From: an uncultured Alphaproteobacteria bacterium
Lineage (GTDB): Bacteria; Pseudomonadota; Alphaproteobacteria; Micavibrionales; CSBR16-224
NCBI GenBank assembly: GCA_950054485.1
Contig: CATLPD010000007.1
Coordinates: 12,262 to 76,261 of the forward strand
Direction of reading: 5' to 3'
Length of the DNA: 64,000 nt
The position numbers and the translations under genes were made by a program. Below, piece after piece: positions 16,661 to 26,433 of the stretch. The notes beneath the pieces are model-generated. The model searched no databases. It worked only from the letters and a program-made list of their open reading frames with translations, and was not told the origin of the DNA. Positions within the stretch are counted from its first letter, which is position 1, and every line of letters begins with the position of its first letter.

Positions 16661-17788
16661 ATGCGTTTAAAATCTTTTATTGGCAAATCAATGACAGACG
16701 TCATGGAACAGATCCGCGAGGAACTGGGCGAAGATGCCATTATTGTGAATACCCGCGACATGGCCGGCGGGCGCGTGCGCGTTACTGCTGCGATTGAACA
16801 GCAAAGCCGTCATGGAATTGACCTGCCCGAATTCGACTGGGACAGTGATGAACCATCACCATCTGAAAAGCCTGATTTCAAAATCAAAGAAACACCTGTC
16901 AGTAATGATACACCCGAATATGCCTGGCGCCCCACACCGCTGGATGAAATACCGGAAACAGATGATTTTCTGGCCGGCTGGTTAGAGGATTCCGGTGAAA
17001 GTCTGGAAGATGAAACGCCGCAAGACCTGATCGTGGAATCTGTCACAGATGCTATGCTGCGTCATCGTCTTCCATCAGCCGTATCTGAAAAACTGATTAC
17101 TACGGCAACATTAATTCAAGGCAAAGACCTGCGCGATACATTGGCCGAGGCAATCGAAACCCATTTTGAGTTTAACCCATTGCCGCAAAAACCTTACAAA
17201 AAACCGATTATTCTGGTTGGCCCTCCGGGTGCAGGTAAAACATTGAATGCGGCCAAGCTAGCAACACGCGCTGTCGCAAAAGGACTAAAGCCAGCGGTGA
17301 TCAGCACGGACATCGTGCGTGCAGGTGGACTTGAAATGCTGTCGACTTTTCTGGATGTGCTAGAATTAAAACTAGAAGATGCCAATAACGCCAAAGAGCT
17401 GGCAGCCGCCATTGAACGCAACCGCAGCGCGGATCAAATCATTATTGACACAGGGGGACTGAACCCGTTTGATCCGCATGAAATGAAGGATCTATCACGA
17501 TTGTTAAAAGCCGCCGAAATGGAACCTGTTCTGGTTCTACCTGCAGGCGGTGATGCGGAGGAATCTGCCGAGATGGCCCTGACCTTCGAGCTGCTAGGCG
17601 TGCAGCGTATATATCCGACACGCCTTGATTTTGCGCGGCGCCTCGGCGGTGTTATGGCGGCTGCGGACCGCGGCAAGCTGGCATTTTCAGGGGCCAGTCA
17701 TACCCACCGTATCCCTGATGGCATACTTGATCTGACCCCGACGGTTATTGCCGATTTGTTAATTCCTTCGGGCTATAATAAAAAATAG
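16661..17788 (+). CDS. flhF: Flagellar biosynthesis GTPase FlhF
   Basis: SRP-type GTPase with ILVGPPGAGKTLNAAKLA and IIIDTGGLNPFD. The likely start is MRLKSFIGKSM, preceded by GAGG (the ORF track begins at 16643). Confidence 0.85.
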   Translation: MRLKSFIGKSMTDVMEQIREELGEDAIIVNTRDMAGGRVRVTAAIEQQSRHGIDLPEFDWDSDEPSPSEKPDFKIKETPVSNDTPEYAWRPTPLDEIPETDDFLAGWLEDSGESLEDETPQDLIVESVTDAMLRHRLPSAVSEKLITTATLIQGKDLRDTLAEAIETHFEFNPLPQKPYKKPIILVGPPGAGKTLNAAKLATRAVAKGLKPAVISTDIVRAGGLEMLSTFLDVLELKLEDANNAKELAAAIERNRSADQIIIDTGGLNPFDPHEMKDLSRLLKAAEMEPVLVLPAGGDAEESAEMALTFELLGVQRIYPTRLDFARRLGGVMAAADRGKLAFSGASHTHRIPDGILDLTPTVIADLLIPSGYNKK

Positions 17789-17798
17789 GATTTTTTTA

Positions 17799-18629
17799 AT
17801 GGATAACACGACAACACCCCAGACTCCAGATACGTCAAAGCCCCGCCAGCCCCTTCCAAGACAAATGGAACGCAACCTGATTGCTATTGCATCGGGTAAA
17901 GGCGGCGTCGGCAAAACATGGTTTTCAATTACCCTGTCACATGCCCTTGCAAAACAAGGTAAACGTGTCTTGCTTTTTGATGGTGACCTTGGCCTTGCGA
18001 ATGTCGATGTTCAATTGGGCCTGACCGTGCAGCGTGATTTGAATGACGTTATCGAAGGCCACATAAATCTGGCACAGGCCGTTCAACGATATGAAGCGGG
18101 TGGCTTTGATGTTATTGCCGGACGTTCGGGACAAGCATCTTTGTCAACATTACCCCTGCAACGTTTAAACGAGGTTTTGAAACAATTGCGTCTATTGGCA
18201 CAAAATTATGATGCTGTCCTGATTGACCTGGGGGCTGGCGTTGATAAAACCGTACGCTTTTTGGCCAGTGCGGCAGGTACCATGATCGTTGTATCTACCG
18301 AAGACCCGACATCAATGACCGATGCCTATGCGCTGATAAAATTAAGCCACGCAGCAGGACATGCAGACACCGCACATATCGTCGTCAATATGGCGGAGAC
18401 GGAACGCAGCGGCCAACGTACATACCAAACCCTACAGAATGCGTGCCAAAATTTCTTGCATCTGTCACCGCCTGCCTTTGGTTTTGTCAGGCTGGATCGT
18501 CACGTGCGTGAATCCATCCGTAACCAGACGCCTCTTCTGGTTCGATACCCGAATTCAGATGCTGCAATGGATATCGAACAGATCGCTGCACGCGTTGATG
18601 CGCGCCTTCAGCATTTGAAAGCGCTATGA
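17799..18629 (+). CDS. flhG: MinD/ParA-type flagellar number regulator FlhG (FleN/MotR-like)
   Basis: 276 aa. Carries the deviant Walker A motif IAIASGKGGVGKTWFS, then LLFDGDLGLANVD. It lies directly after flhF. Confidence 0.8.
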   Translation: MDNTTTPQTPDTSKPRQPLPRQMERNLIAIASGKGGVGKTWFSITLSHALAKQGKRVLLFDGDLGLANVDVQLGLTVQRDLNDVIEGHINLAQAVQRYEAGGFDVIAGRSGQASLSTLPLQRLNEVLKQLRLLAQNYDAVLIDLGAGVDKTVRFLASAAGTMIVVSTEDPTSMTDAYALIKLSHAAGHADTAHIVVNMAETERSGQRTYQTLQNACQNFLHLSPPAFGFVRLDRHVRESIRNQTPLLVRYPNSDAAMDIEQIAARVDARLQHLKAL

Positions 18630-20626
18630 CACAGCCCGTCGGACCGCCTGCTGCACCAAATGTTCAGAACATCGCCGAACGTGCCGAGCGTATCATTAAA
18701 CGCGCCGAAGCGAATACGAAAGACGAAGTCAAAAATATTGGCGATAATTCCAAAAACGTCCGCGGTAAAACCGAACGCCTGCCCGAACAATATCAAGATG
18801 CCCCCAATCCCCAAAAGGTAGAGGGCCGCGTTGTATCCGTTGAAGGTAATGTTGTTAAAATCGATACACCAGATGGCAGAGTTACGATAAAAACAGACGT
18901 GCCACCCGATATCAGAGCCGGCCAGAAAGTTGCAGTAGAACTGCCTGCTAACAGCCGTATTGGCGATGCTGTCCGAATATCCTATGCAACTGAAACGCAG
19001 GATATTGAACTCCCGCCGGATATAAAATTACCGCCCACATCAGCGACAGCCGACTATCCGCCCGTAAAAGAAAACGATGTCGTTTTGGCAACACCGCAAC
19101 CCATTTCAAATTACAGCGCTTATATAACAAGCACCGCGACATCTACACCGGCAAATTATCCGCCAGCAGAACTGATCACCATCGCTGATAAATTACCTGA
19201 AGCATTGGCAAGCGCCGCGCGCGTCATCACCGTAACACCCAAACTGCAGGCCGTTATTCAAAATTTTGATCTTGCTGAACAGCCATTACCGCAGATATAC
19301 GATGCGGCACCCGTGCCGCGCCCGGTCCTGACGCAGCCGCTGCAAACAACACCTACACAATTGCCGCAAACAGATGCTGTTGAAAATGTTTTGACTCAAG
19401 CCCATTTAAAATCACCTGTTGCCGAAGTGCAAAAGACCACACAAAAATTCAGCACGAATTTAATTGCTGCATTGGCCGAAATCGGACAGCCGCCGCAGCC
19501 CCAAACACCTTCGCCCTTTGCAACTGCAGGGGAAAAACCGACGGCACAAATTCTGCGTAGTTTTCAGCAGTTAAATGTCCTGGCTGTCATTCCCGAAAAT
19601 ATACCGCAGGCGAATTTAAAACCCATCGTTGCCGAGGCTTTATCGAAGAATATAAAATCACAAAAGTCAGCGCCAATACCACAGGGAGAAATTGTTCTAG
19701 CCAACGTTGCAGGCGCAACCAAAGACGGTCAAACTATTTTGTCATTACCGGCTACAAAAGACAGCGGAACGGATCAGCCGCGCCTATTATACGTACAGAC
19801 ACAAATTTTCGCTGATACTGGCGCACAGCTTTTACTGAATATTTCCGAGGCCCCGATTGGTAGCATTCCATCATCACCTGAACTGATTTCAGCCCTGCCC
19901 CAATCCCTGCAGACACAAATTACACAAAGTATTGCAGCGGCAGCGACACAAACAAACCCGGCATCGGCTTTGCCACCCGCTTTGATGCAGCCCTCTGCAT
20001 CATTTAGCTGGCCCGCCATGCAGGAGGCCATAGACGTTCTTTCACAAGTAGCACCGCAAGCCGCACAAAACATACAGAGCACTCTGCCCGCGCCTTCACC
20101 ACGCATGGTTTCCAGTGCGTTGTTTTTTATTGCTGCATTGAAACTGGGCAACTTGGAAAACTGGCTAGGCAGCAAGAATATGGACGCTATTGAAACCGCA
20201 GGTAAAAAAGGATTGCTGCAGCGTCTGTCGGGCGACTTTGGACGCATGTCTTCACAACTGACAGAACAAAGCACAGGCCAGTGGAAGACCCTGACCCTGC
20301 CAATGTTATTTGAAGGGGAAATATCAAATATTCAATTTCATGTCAGACCCGATGATCATCAAAAAGAAAACGAAAATGGTGAAATTGAAGAGGTTAAAAA
20401 AACGCGATTTGTCCTCGACCTGACACTCAGCAAGATGGGGCCGATGCAACTTGACGGGTTTTTAACGCCGAAAACACTTGATATGATTTTGCGAAACCAG
20501 GATCGTCTGGCCGAAAACGACCGACAAGAGCTGATGAAAATTTTCAGCAATACGCTTGAGCTGACCGGTTTGAAAGGCAGCCTGTCCTTTCAAAACAAAG
20601 CCGAAAACTGGGTGCATGTATCTTGA
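18626..20626 (+). CDS. Pro/Gln-rich protein with a FliK-like C-terminal domain (putative hook-length control protein)
   Basis: 666 aa with a 4-nt overlap with flhG. The C-terminus VLDLTLSKMGPMQLDGFLTPKTLDMILRNQDRLAENDRQELMKIFSNTLELTGLKGSLSFQ fits the FliK pattern L.L.P..LG...v.l.....l...l.......L...L...L...Gl....l.f. Confidence 0.5.
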   Translation: MTQPVGPPAAPNVQNIAERAERIIKRAEANTKDEVKNIGDNSKNVRGKTERLPEQYQDAPNPQKVEGRVVSVEGNVVKIDTPDGRVTIKTDVPPDIRAGQKVAVELPANSRIGDAVRISYATETQDIELPPDIKLPPTSATADYPPVKENDVVLATPQPISNYSAYITSTATSTPANYPPAELITIADKLPEALASAARVITVTPKLQAVIQNFDLAEQPLPQIYDAAPVPRPVLTQPLQTTPTQLPQTDAVENVLTQAHLKSPVAEVQKTTQKFSTNLIAALAEIGQPPQPQTPSPFATAGEKPTAQILRSFQQLNVLAVIPENIPQANLKPIVAEALSKNIKSQKSAPIPQGEIVLANVAGATKDGQTILSLPATKDSGTDQPRLLYVQTQIFADTGAQLLLNISEAPIGSIPSSPELISALPQSLQTQITQSIAAAATQTNPASALPPALMQPSASFSWPAMQEAIDVLSQVAPQAAQNIQSTLPAPSPRMVSSALFFIAALKLGNLENWLGSKNMDAIETAGKKGLLQRLSGDFGRMSSQLTEQSTGQWKTLTLPMLFEGEISNIQFHVRPDDHQKENENGEIEEVKKTRFVLDLTLSKMGPMQLDGFLTPKTLDMILRNQDRLAENDRQELMKIFSNTLELTGLKGSLSFQNKAENWVHVS

Positions 20627-20704
20627 TCGTTGTATATGCATGCGTGAACAGATTTGATTTTAGACTAGGAAAATAAAGCGAAGTGTATTAAACATACACG
20701 ATAT

Positions 20705-20781
20705 GTTCCCGTAGCTCAGCTGGATAGAGCGCGTGCCTCCGGAGCACGAGGTCGGAGGTTCGAATCCTCTCGGGAACGCCA
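20705..20781 (+). tRNA. tRNA-Arg (anticodon CCG)
   Basis: 77-nt cloverleaf: acceptor GTTCCCG/CGGGAAC, D-arm GCTC/GAGC, anticodon stem CGTGC/GCACG with loop CTCCGGA, T-loop TTCGAAT, encoded CCA. Confidence 0.9.
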
Positions 20782-20782
20782 T
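20764..20782 (+). repeat. 19-bp direct repeat copy 1 (3' end of tRNA-Arg)
   Basis: ATCCTCTCGGGAACGCCAT is identical to 20891-20909. Confidence 0.9.
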
Positions 20783-20788
20783 AAATCA

Positions 20789-20815
20789 AAACGCCCATTT
20801 GGGCGTTTTTGTTTA
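20789..20815 (+). terminator. Rho-independent terminator after tRNA-Arg
   Basis: Hairpin AAACGCCCA-TT-TGGGCGTTT followed by a T-rich tract. Confidence 0.7.
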
Positions 20816-20890
20816 TGTTTTTGAATGTCTTCGAACACGTTCGACGGCAAGGGCGCAGCCCGAAGACGCCACGGAGCGAAGTGAACGTAC

Positions 20891-20909
20891 ATCCTCTCGG
20901 GAACGCCAT
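20891..20909 (+). repeat. 19-bp direct repeat copy 2 (att-like duplicate of the tRNA-Arg 3' end)
   Basis: ATCCTCTCGGGAACGCCAT lies 108 bp downstream of the tRNA end and just before the stop of the 739-aa gene. Confidence 0.9.
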
Positions 20910-20912
20910 TTT

Positions 20913-23132
20913 CTAACGCCCCATCACTGGTGTTTTTAAGCCTTTGACATTGGTTGCAGTCAATTTTGTTTTTTCAATTTCAAGGCCAGCCTCTTTAAAA
21001 ATTTTCACCTTTTCCTTTTCAAGGCCATCTTTGAATTTTTGCATAAGACCTTGATCTAAATGTAATGCGTCTTCACCCTGCCAATAAATGTCCTTAACAT
21101 TTCCAAACATATCAAATGTTATGGCCCCATAATATAGGCCATCAACCTTATAGTTCAGATAAATACTGCCTACATCTCTATCAATTCTAATTGTCGATGG
21201 CCCATCTTCGCGGTAATCATGCCCGTCTGGATTGCGGTAAAACTTGTCGACTAGATAACCTTCTTCATCATAACTTACGTAACTTGGCTTGTTATCTGCG
21301 CGCCCTTCACGCCTATCCGAAAACCACATTTCTGAAAGGATCTTTCCGTTATCATGATATCTGACCTGTTGAGGCCCGTCGTCTTCGCGAAAATATTGTC
21401 CATTTTGATGCCATTCTTCCGAAGCAAGCTGCCCCGCAGCATAGTAACGTATTTCTGCAGGCCCGTCGTCACGATGCAAGTTACCATTTTGATTCCACCG
21501 CTCTATATTTAGGCTTCCATTTTCATGATACGTAATGTTCGATGGGCCATCATCGCGGTGTTCTTCACCCTTTTCGTTGTAATAATTTACAAATCTTATT
21601 TGCCCGCTTTCATAGTAATCTATTTCTGCTGGGCCATCGGATCTGAAATATTCGCCGTTTCTTTTCCAATGTTCTTCAACTACATTTCCTTTTTTGTCAT
21701 AGGCGACAAGCGCAGGGCCTCCTTCCCTATGCAATTCACCCCATTCATTAAAATAACAGGTCTTGGCATCAGCGCCGTATGAAGCTTTCAAGTATACCGG
21801 TTGCCCCGGCTGCACTGTTGCCGCATCCACCGATAAAGCCTGCATCATTTGAAAGTTCAATTTCGATGTTTGTGCCTGGATATTTGCAAGTTCTGTTCCC
21901 AGCCGGGCGGGACTGTTCAGATAGGCAATTTCGGGAGAGATCGCCGCCAATTGCCATTTCTTAATCTTAAGATAATCCGGTTGTTTCAACAGCGCTGTCT
22001 GGCGCAGATCATATCCGGCCGCCGCATAATTTTTAATAGTATCGCGCAGATATGTTGCATTGGGAATTTTTCCATCCCACTTTTCTTTCTGCAGAGCCCT
22101 GAATTCAACAGCAATGTATTTTTCAGCATTTGGCGTCGCCTCTTTTACACGCGAAAGAACCATATCGATAATTGGATGGTCAAGCGGCAGAAAACGGTGC
22201 AGGCAATTCCCCAAAAGCATGCCCATGTAATCTATAACTTCGGCCGTATCCATACGTTTATCGGCCTGCATTTTTTCCGATATGCGGTCCAGCTGATCAC
22301 AAAACTTTATACAGCTTTGTTTTAACCTATCTTCATGCTCGCTTCCTGCCAATTCGCGCCAGACTCTTGCATGGTTCAAAATCATAAAACTTTCGTAACT
22401 GCCGATTTTTTCATCCCCTGAATGGGTAAATCCGCCAGACTGCCATTCTGACGCCAAGCTTTTATCGGGGTATTTTGCCGCTTGGTTATGCACATTTGAT
22501 TTTTGAGAAATCGTCTCATTAATCGTTTCACTTGTTATATGATGCTGCATGTCATGGTTTGCCGCAGTTGCCACATTCTGCAAGGCGCGCAATAAAGACG
22601 ACGGCTGATATTTTGCAATTACCATTGCAATATCATCATCAATCCCCAGCAAGGAAATACTATTGCTGCTTTTCTTTTGTGACCAGATATTATTCGGGTC
22701 TTCGTATTCGTAAATCTGGGCAAAGCCGAAGGTCATATTAAGCCCGTTATATTTTGTCGTTTTGGCAAAGACAGGGAACCCCTTTTCTTGCAGTGCTGTC
22801 TTTACATGGCTTTCCGGAAGAATTGTGAATTCAGACAGAATGGTGTTTCCCGTTCTTTCAGCCATACGGTTAAATATGACTTTTGAAAGACCTGCTTTTT
22901 CAATTTGTTCGAGTTCTTGATCTTTCAATCCGAATTTCCTTGCATCCTGCAGCAGCATTTCGTGAAAACTTGCAAAATAAGCCTGAAGACGCACAGTTTC
23001 GGCCTCGGCCAAAACGCGATTATCCTGACGCAAGCCTTTCATATATATCAGAACGTCTCTTAATCTACTTTTTGATAAAGACGTGGACACGGGTGGCTTG
23101 AAATTATTCATATGTACCGGTGCATCGGACAT
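20913..23132 (-). CDS. Large protein with an unknown N-terminal domain (~455 aa) and C-terminal MORN-variant / HR-x-DGPA repeats
   Basis: 739 aa. About seven repeats of 28-30 aa lie between aa ~458-680 (nt ~21093-21761), e.g. LHREGGPALVAY, FRSDGPAEIDYY, HRDDGPSNITYH, HRDDGPAEIRYY, REDDGPQQVRYH and YREDGPSTIRI. The gene is visibly more AT-rich than the neighbouring flagellar genes. Confidence 0.55.
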   Translation of the reverse strand: MSDAPVHMNNFKPPVSTSLSKSRLRDVLIYMKGLRQDNRVLAEAETVRLQAYFASFHEMLLQDARKFGLKDQELEQIEKAGLSKVIFNRMAERTGNTILSEFTILPESHVKTALQEKGFPVFAKTTKYNGLNMTFGFAQIYEYEDPNNIWSQKKSSNSISLLGIDDDIAMVIAKYQPSSLLRALQNVATAANHDMQHHITSETINETISQKSNVHNQAAKYPDKSLASEWQSGGFTHSGDEKIGSYESFMILNHARVWRELAGSEHEDRLKQSCIKFCDQLDRISEKMQADKRMDTAEVIDYMGMLLGNCLHRFLPLDHPIIDMVLSRVKEATPNAEKYIAVEFRALQKEKWDGKIPNATYLRDTIKNYAAAGYDLRQTALLKQPDYLKIKKWQLAAISPEIAYLNSPARLGTELANIQAQTSKLNFQMMQALSVDAATVQPGQPVYLKASYGADAKTCYFNEWGELHREGGPALVAYDKKGNVVEEHWKRNGEYFRSDGPAEIDYYESGQIRFVNYYNEKGEEHRDDGPSNITYHENGSLNIERWNQNGNLHRDDGPAEIRYYAAGQLASEEWHQNGQYFREDDGPQQVRYHDNGKILSEMWFSDRREGRADNKPSYVSYDEEGYLVDKFYRNPDGHDYREDGPSTIRIDRDVGSIYLNYKVDGLYYGAITFDMFGNVKDIYWQGEDALHLDQGLMQKFKDGLEKEKVKIFKEAGLEIEKTKLTATNVKGLKTPVMGR

Positions 23133-23292
23133 GTGTTTCCCTCTCGCCTAAATTGTATACATAAAAAATTAAACTTCTCTAAATTCAGTCAATTTCATTA
23201 AAAAACGCATAAAATTCAATGAATTGTTCACTATTGTTTTATCCTTGTTTTATATACTGGATGGATGGGGAATATCTTTAAAGGTGGGTTTA

Positions 23293-24564
23293 ATGTTGGA
23301 GAGCTTTCTGAAACAATATTTTCGTCAAACGGCCGGTGCTGTGCTGCCGATCGCAGCATTATTATTACCTGTCACCTTGGGAATGACTGCCTTGGGGGTT
23401 GATACCGGCTATTGGGTCATGAATAAACGCAACCTGCAAACCGCTGCTGATGCGGCCGCCATGGCAGCCGCTTTTGAAATCGCAAACGGCTTTTCCGAAA
23501 AGGCCGAATTTGCCGCAAACAAAATTGCGATGGAAAACGGTTATGATCCCGTTGATGGTGATGTTTTATTGATGCAGACCTACGAGAACCCAAATTTTAC
23601 GCAGTCCGTAAACGTTCAGATTAATTATGCCGATGAAACATGGTTCAGTAGCTATTTTATCGATGACATGAATGATGTTGTTGCTGCAGAAGCCACAATC
23701 GATTTATCCGGCGCCAGTTTTTGCATGCTGGCCCTGGATGAAAGTGCCAACGATGCCATATCGACTTCGGGAACCGTTTTGATCAATGCAGAAAATTGCG
23801 GGCTGGCATCCAATTCCGACAGCGATACATCATTTCGTTTTAACGGTGGTGTCGATGTCAATATCGATAATCTCCATACCCGAGGGGGATATGATATTGT
23901 CGGATCGGCAAATCTTAACGTTAATCGTGTCTACACAGAGTCTGTTAAAATCCCAGACCCATACGAAGATCTTGAGACTCCTGAATTTACGCCCTGTGCA
24001 AAAAACGACATCAAAAAGAATTCATTAAGTATCGGCGGCAGTGATAACCTGACGTTAAGCCCGGGCGTCTATTGCGGCGGCATTGATATCAGCGGCAGCG
24101 GGGATATCAACTTTGAACCGGGCGTATATATAATTGACAGCGGTGATTTCAGCATTTCAAGTACTGGTGGAATGTATGGCGAAGGCGTGTCCTTTATTCT
24201 GACCAGCAGCACCGGCAGCTATGGCAATATTGCGATATCCGGTAGCCGTGAAATGGTCTTTTCCGCCCCCGCGGAAGGCGATGAAATGGAAGGTGTTCTG
24301 TTCTATCAGGATCGCAACGCCCCACAAGGTAACGGCGCCAATATGACGAACAAGATCACCGGATCAAACGAAATATTTCTGGACGGGGTGGTCTATACGC
24401 CCAGCCGGGAATTAACAATCGGCGGCAGCGTGGGCGTTGACAGCCCCTGTACGCGCATGATTGCCCGAACAATCGTGCTAAGCGGATCGCCATCAGTTGG
24501 TAATAATTGTGATGATAATGCGGCAAAAAAAATAGCGAGTATATCGGTTAATCTGACGCGGTAA
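23293..24564 (+). CDS. TadG-like (Flp pilus assembly, TadE/G-like N-terminal domain) protein, paralog 1
   Basis: Carries the N-terminal AGAVLPIAALLLPVTLGMTALGVDTGYWVMNKRNLQTAADAAAMAAA motif. ATG at 23293 is preceded by AAGGTGG (the ORF track begins at 23224). Confidence 0.65.
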   Translation: MLESFLKQYFRQTAGAVLPIAALLLPVTLGMTALGVDTGYWVMNKRNLQTAADAAAMAAAFEIANGFSEKAEFAANKIAMENGYDPVDGDVLLMQTYENPNFTQSVNVQINYADETWFSSYFIDDMNDVVAAEATIDLSGASFCMLALDESANDAISTSGTVLINAENCGLASNSDSDTSFRFNGGVDVNIDNLHTRGGYDIVGSANLNVNRVYTESVKIPDPYEDLETPEFTPCAKNDIKKNSLSIGGSDNLTLSPGVYCGGIDISGSGDINFEPGVYIIDSGDFSISSTGGMYGEGVSFILTSSTGSYGNIAISGSREMVFSAPAEGDEMEGVLFYQDRNAPQGNGANMTNKITGSNEIFLDGVVYTPSRELTIGGSVGVDSPCTRMIARTIVLSGSPSVGNNCDDNAAKKIASISVNLTR

Positions 24565-24674
24565 TTAAAAAAACATATAAAAAATACATAAAATTCAAAG
24601 TATTATTCATTTATAATTTAGACTGCTCTGCCTATAATAATAGAGGGAGTGATTATATGCAGAGGTTGGGATAG

Positions 24675-25967
24675 ATGGAGCAGGCGAACACGCTTATAAA
24701 ATATTTAATCCATAAATATAGGGTACAAAAAGATGCCGCTGTTTTGCCGATTGTGGCGCTTTTGATGCCTGTTTTATTGGGAATGACAGCATTGGGTATT
24801 GATACGGGGTATTGGGTTATGAACCAACGCAACCTACAAACAGCTGCAGATGCTGCCGCCATGGCAGCCGCTTTCGAAATTGCGAATGGCGCCGAGGAAA
24901 ATGCGGAATTCGCTGCCACAAAAGAAGCCATGCAAAACGGTTATGACCCAGAAGACGGCGACGTTTTGACCCTCACAGTTTCAGAAGATGAAAACGGCGA
25001 CCAAGGCGTCGCTGTGCAAATTGAATATACAGATACTGCGATGTTCAGCCGCTATTTCATTGACGAGCTGGGTTCGGTCGTGACAGCGGGTGCCGTTGCA
25101 AGTTCTTCAGGTGGAAACTTCTGTATGCTGACATTGGACGAAGAAGCTGACAACGCACTTAGCGCATCGGGAAGCGTAACCATCAATGCCGAGAACTGCG
25201 GATTGGCCTCTAATTCTACCAGCGATGAATCCATTAGTTTTAATGGTAGCGTCGAGGTGAATGTTGATAATGTCCAAACCCGCGGTGATTATGACCTTGT
25301 GGGTTCTGCCGAATTGAATGCCAATAGCATCAAGACAGGATCGGGCCGTCTTGCCGACCCATATGAAGACCTTGAAGTCCCCCCCTTCAGTTCCTGCTCC
25401 AGTAACGATATCAAGAAAAATTCACTCAGCATCAGTGGCAGCACGGATGTGACCCTTAGCCCCGGAACCTATTGCGGCGGCATTCAAATCAGCGGCAGCG
25501 GTAACATCACGTTCGAGCCCGGGGTCTATATTCTGGACGGCGGCGATTTCGATGTATCCGGCAGTGGCGCAATGTATGGTGATGGTGTTTCCTTCATCCT
25601 CACAAATGGCGGGAATGGTGACTATGGCAATATTGATATTACAGGATCAAAAACGCTGAATTTTTCCGCCCCTAATGCCGGCGAAGATATGGCAGGCGTT
25701 TTATTTTATCAGGACCGCGACACACCGGCAGGTAATGGCGCATCAAACCAGAATAAAATTACGGGCTCCAGCGAAATCTTTCTAGATGGCGTTGTTTATA
25801 CACCCAGCCGCGAGATCAAGATTGGCGGCAGCACGGGTGTCGACAGCCCTTGCACGCGTATCATTGCCAGCACGATTTCATTAAGTGGATCGCCTGCGAT
25901 CGGTAATAACTGTGACGACAGTGCGGCAGAGGATATAGGCGGAGTCTCAGTGAGGTTATCGTATTAA
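24675..25967 (+). CDS. TadG-like protein, paralog 2
   Basis: 430 aa, collinear with paralog 1 along its whole length. It shares LGMTALGIDTGYWVMNQRNLQTAADAAAMAAAFEIANG and the C-terminal FLDGVVYTPSRE..IGGS.GVDSPCTR.IA.TI.LSGSP..GNNCDD. Confidence 0.65.
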   Translation: MEQANTLIKYLIHKYRVQKDAAVLPIVALLMPVLLGMTALGIDTGYWVMNQRNLQTAADAAAMAAAFEIANGAEENAEFAATKEAMQNGYDPEDGDVLTLTVSEDENGDQGVAVQIEYTDTAMFSRYFIDELGSVVTAGAVASSSGGNFCMLTLDEEADNALSASGSVTINAENCGLASNSTSDESISFNGSVEVNVDNVQTRGDYDLVGSAELNANSIKTGSGRLADPYEDLEVPPFSSCSSNDIKKNSLSISGSTDVTLSPGTYCGGIQISGSGNITFEPGVYILDGGDFDVSGSGAMYGDGVSFILTNGGNGDYGNIDITGSKTLNFSAPNAGEDMAGVLFYQDRDTPAGNGASNQNKITGSSEIFLDGVVYTPSREIKIGGSTGVDSPCTRIIASTISLSGSPAIGNNCDDSAAEDIGGVSVRLSY

Positions 25968-25983
25968 ATTTAAAGGTTTATGG

Positions 25984-26433
25984 ATGAGTATGTTTTTGAA
26001 AATAAGAAGATGGTCGAAAGATGAAAGCGGCGTTGCGGCCACAGAGTTCGCTTTGATTGTGCCGCTCTTGTCCTTGCTTTTGCTTGGAATTCTTGATTTC
26101 GGGCTGTATATCAACCAGCAAATGAAAATTGAGAATGCAGCGCGCGCCTCGGCTGAATATATAATGCGCGGCGGCAGTGCCGATGATATCCAAACGAATA
26201 TTATATCCCAGATTGTTGAAAACGATAATGGCATCACAGTGACCACAACATCAGTCTGTGAATGCGGCGATGGTGTCACGGTTGATTGTGATGCACCGGG
26301 TGACTGCGCAGACGGATATGCCAGACAATATCAGGAAGTGCGTTTGAACCAGACTTATGATGCCATCTTCGGCTTTCCGGGCCTGACCGACAACCTCGAA
26401 CTTTCCGGTGCAGCCAGGGTACAGGTACAATAA
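25984..26433 (+). CDS. TadE-like protein
   Basis: 149 aa. The N-terminus SGVAATEFALIVPLLSLLLLGILDFG is the TadE/TadG pseudopilin-like signature. Confidence 0.65.
   Translation: MSMFLKIRRWSKDESGVAATEFALIVPLLSLLLLGILDFGLYINQQMKIENAARASAEYIMRGGSADDIQTNIISQIVENDNGITVTTTSVCECGDGVTVDCDAPGDCADGYARQYQEVRLNQTYDAIFGFPGLTDNLELSGAARVQVQ

Noticed and set aside
20688-20939. ORFs of 73 aa (minus) and 68 aa (plus) overlapping tRNA-Arg and its downstream repeat.
   Set aside because: They overlap a well-folded tRNA and a terminator, so they are almost certainly non-coding.
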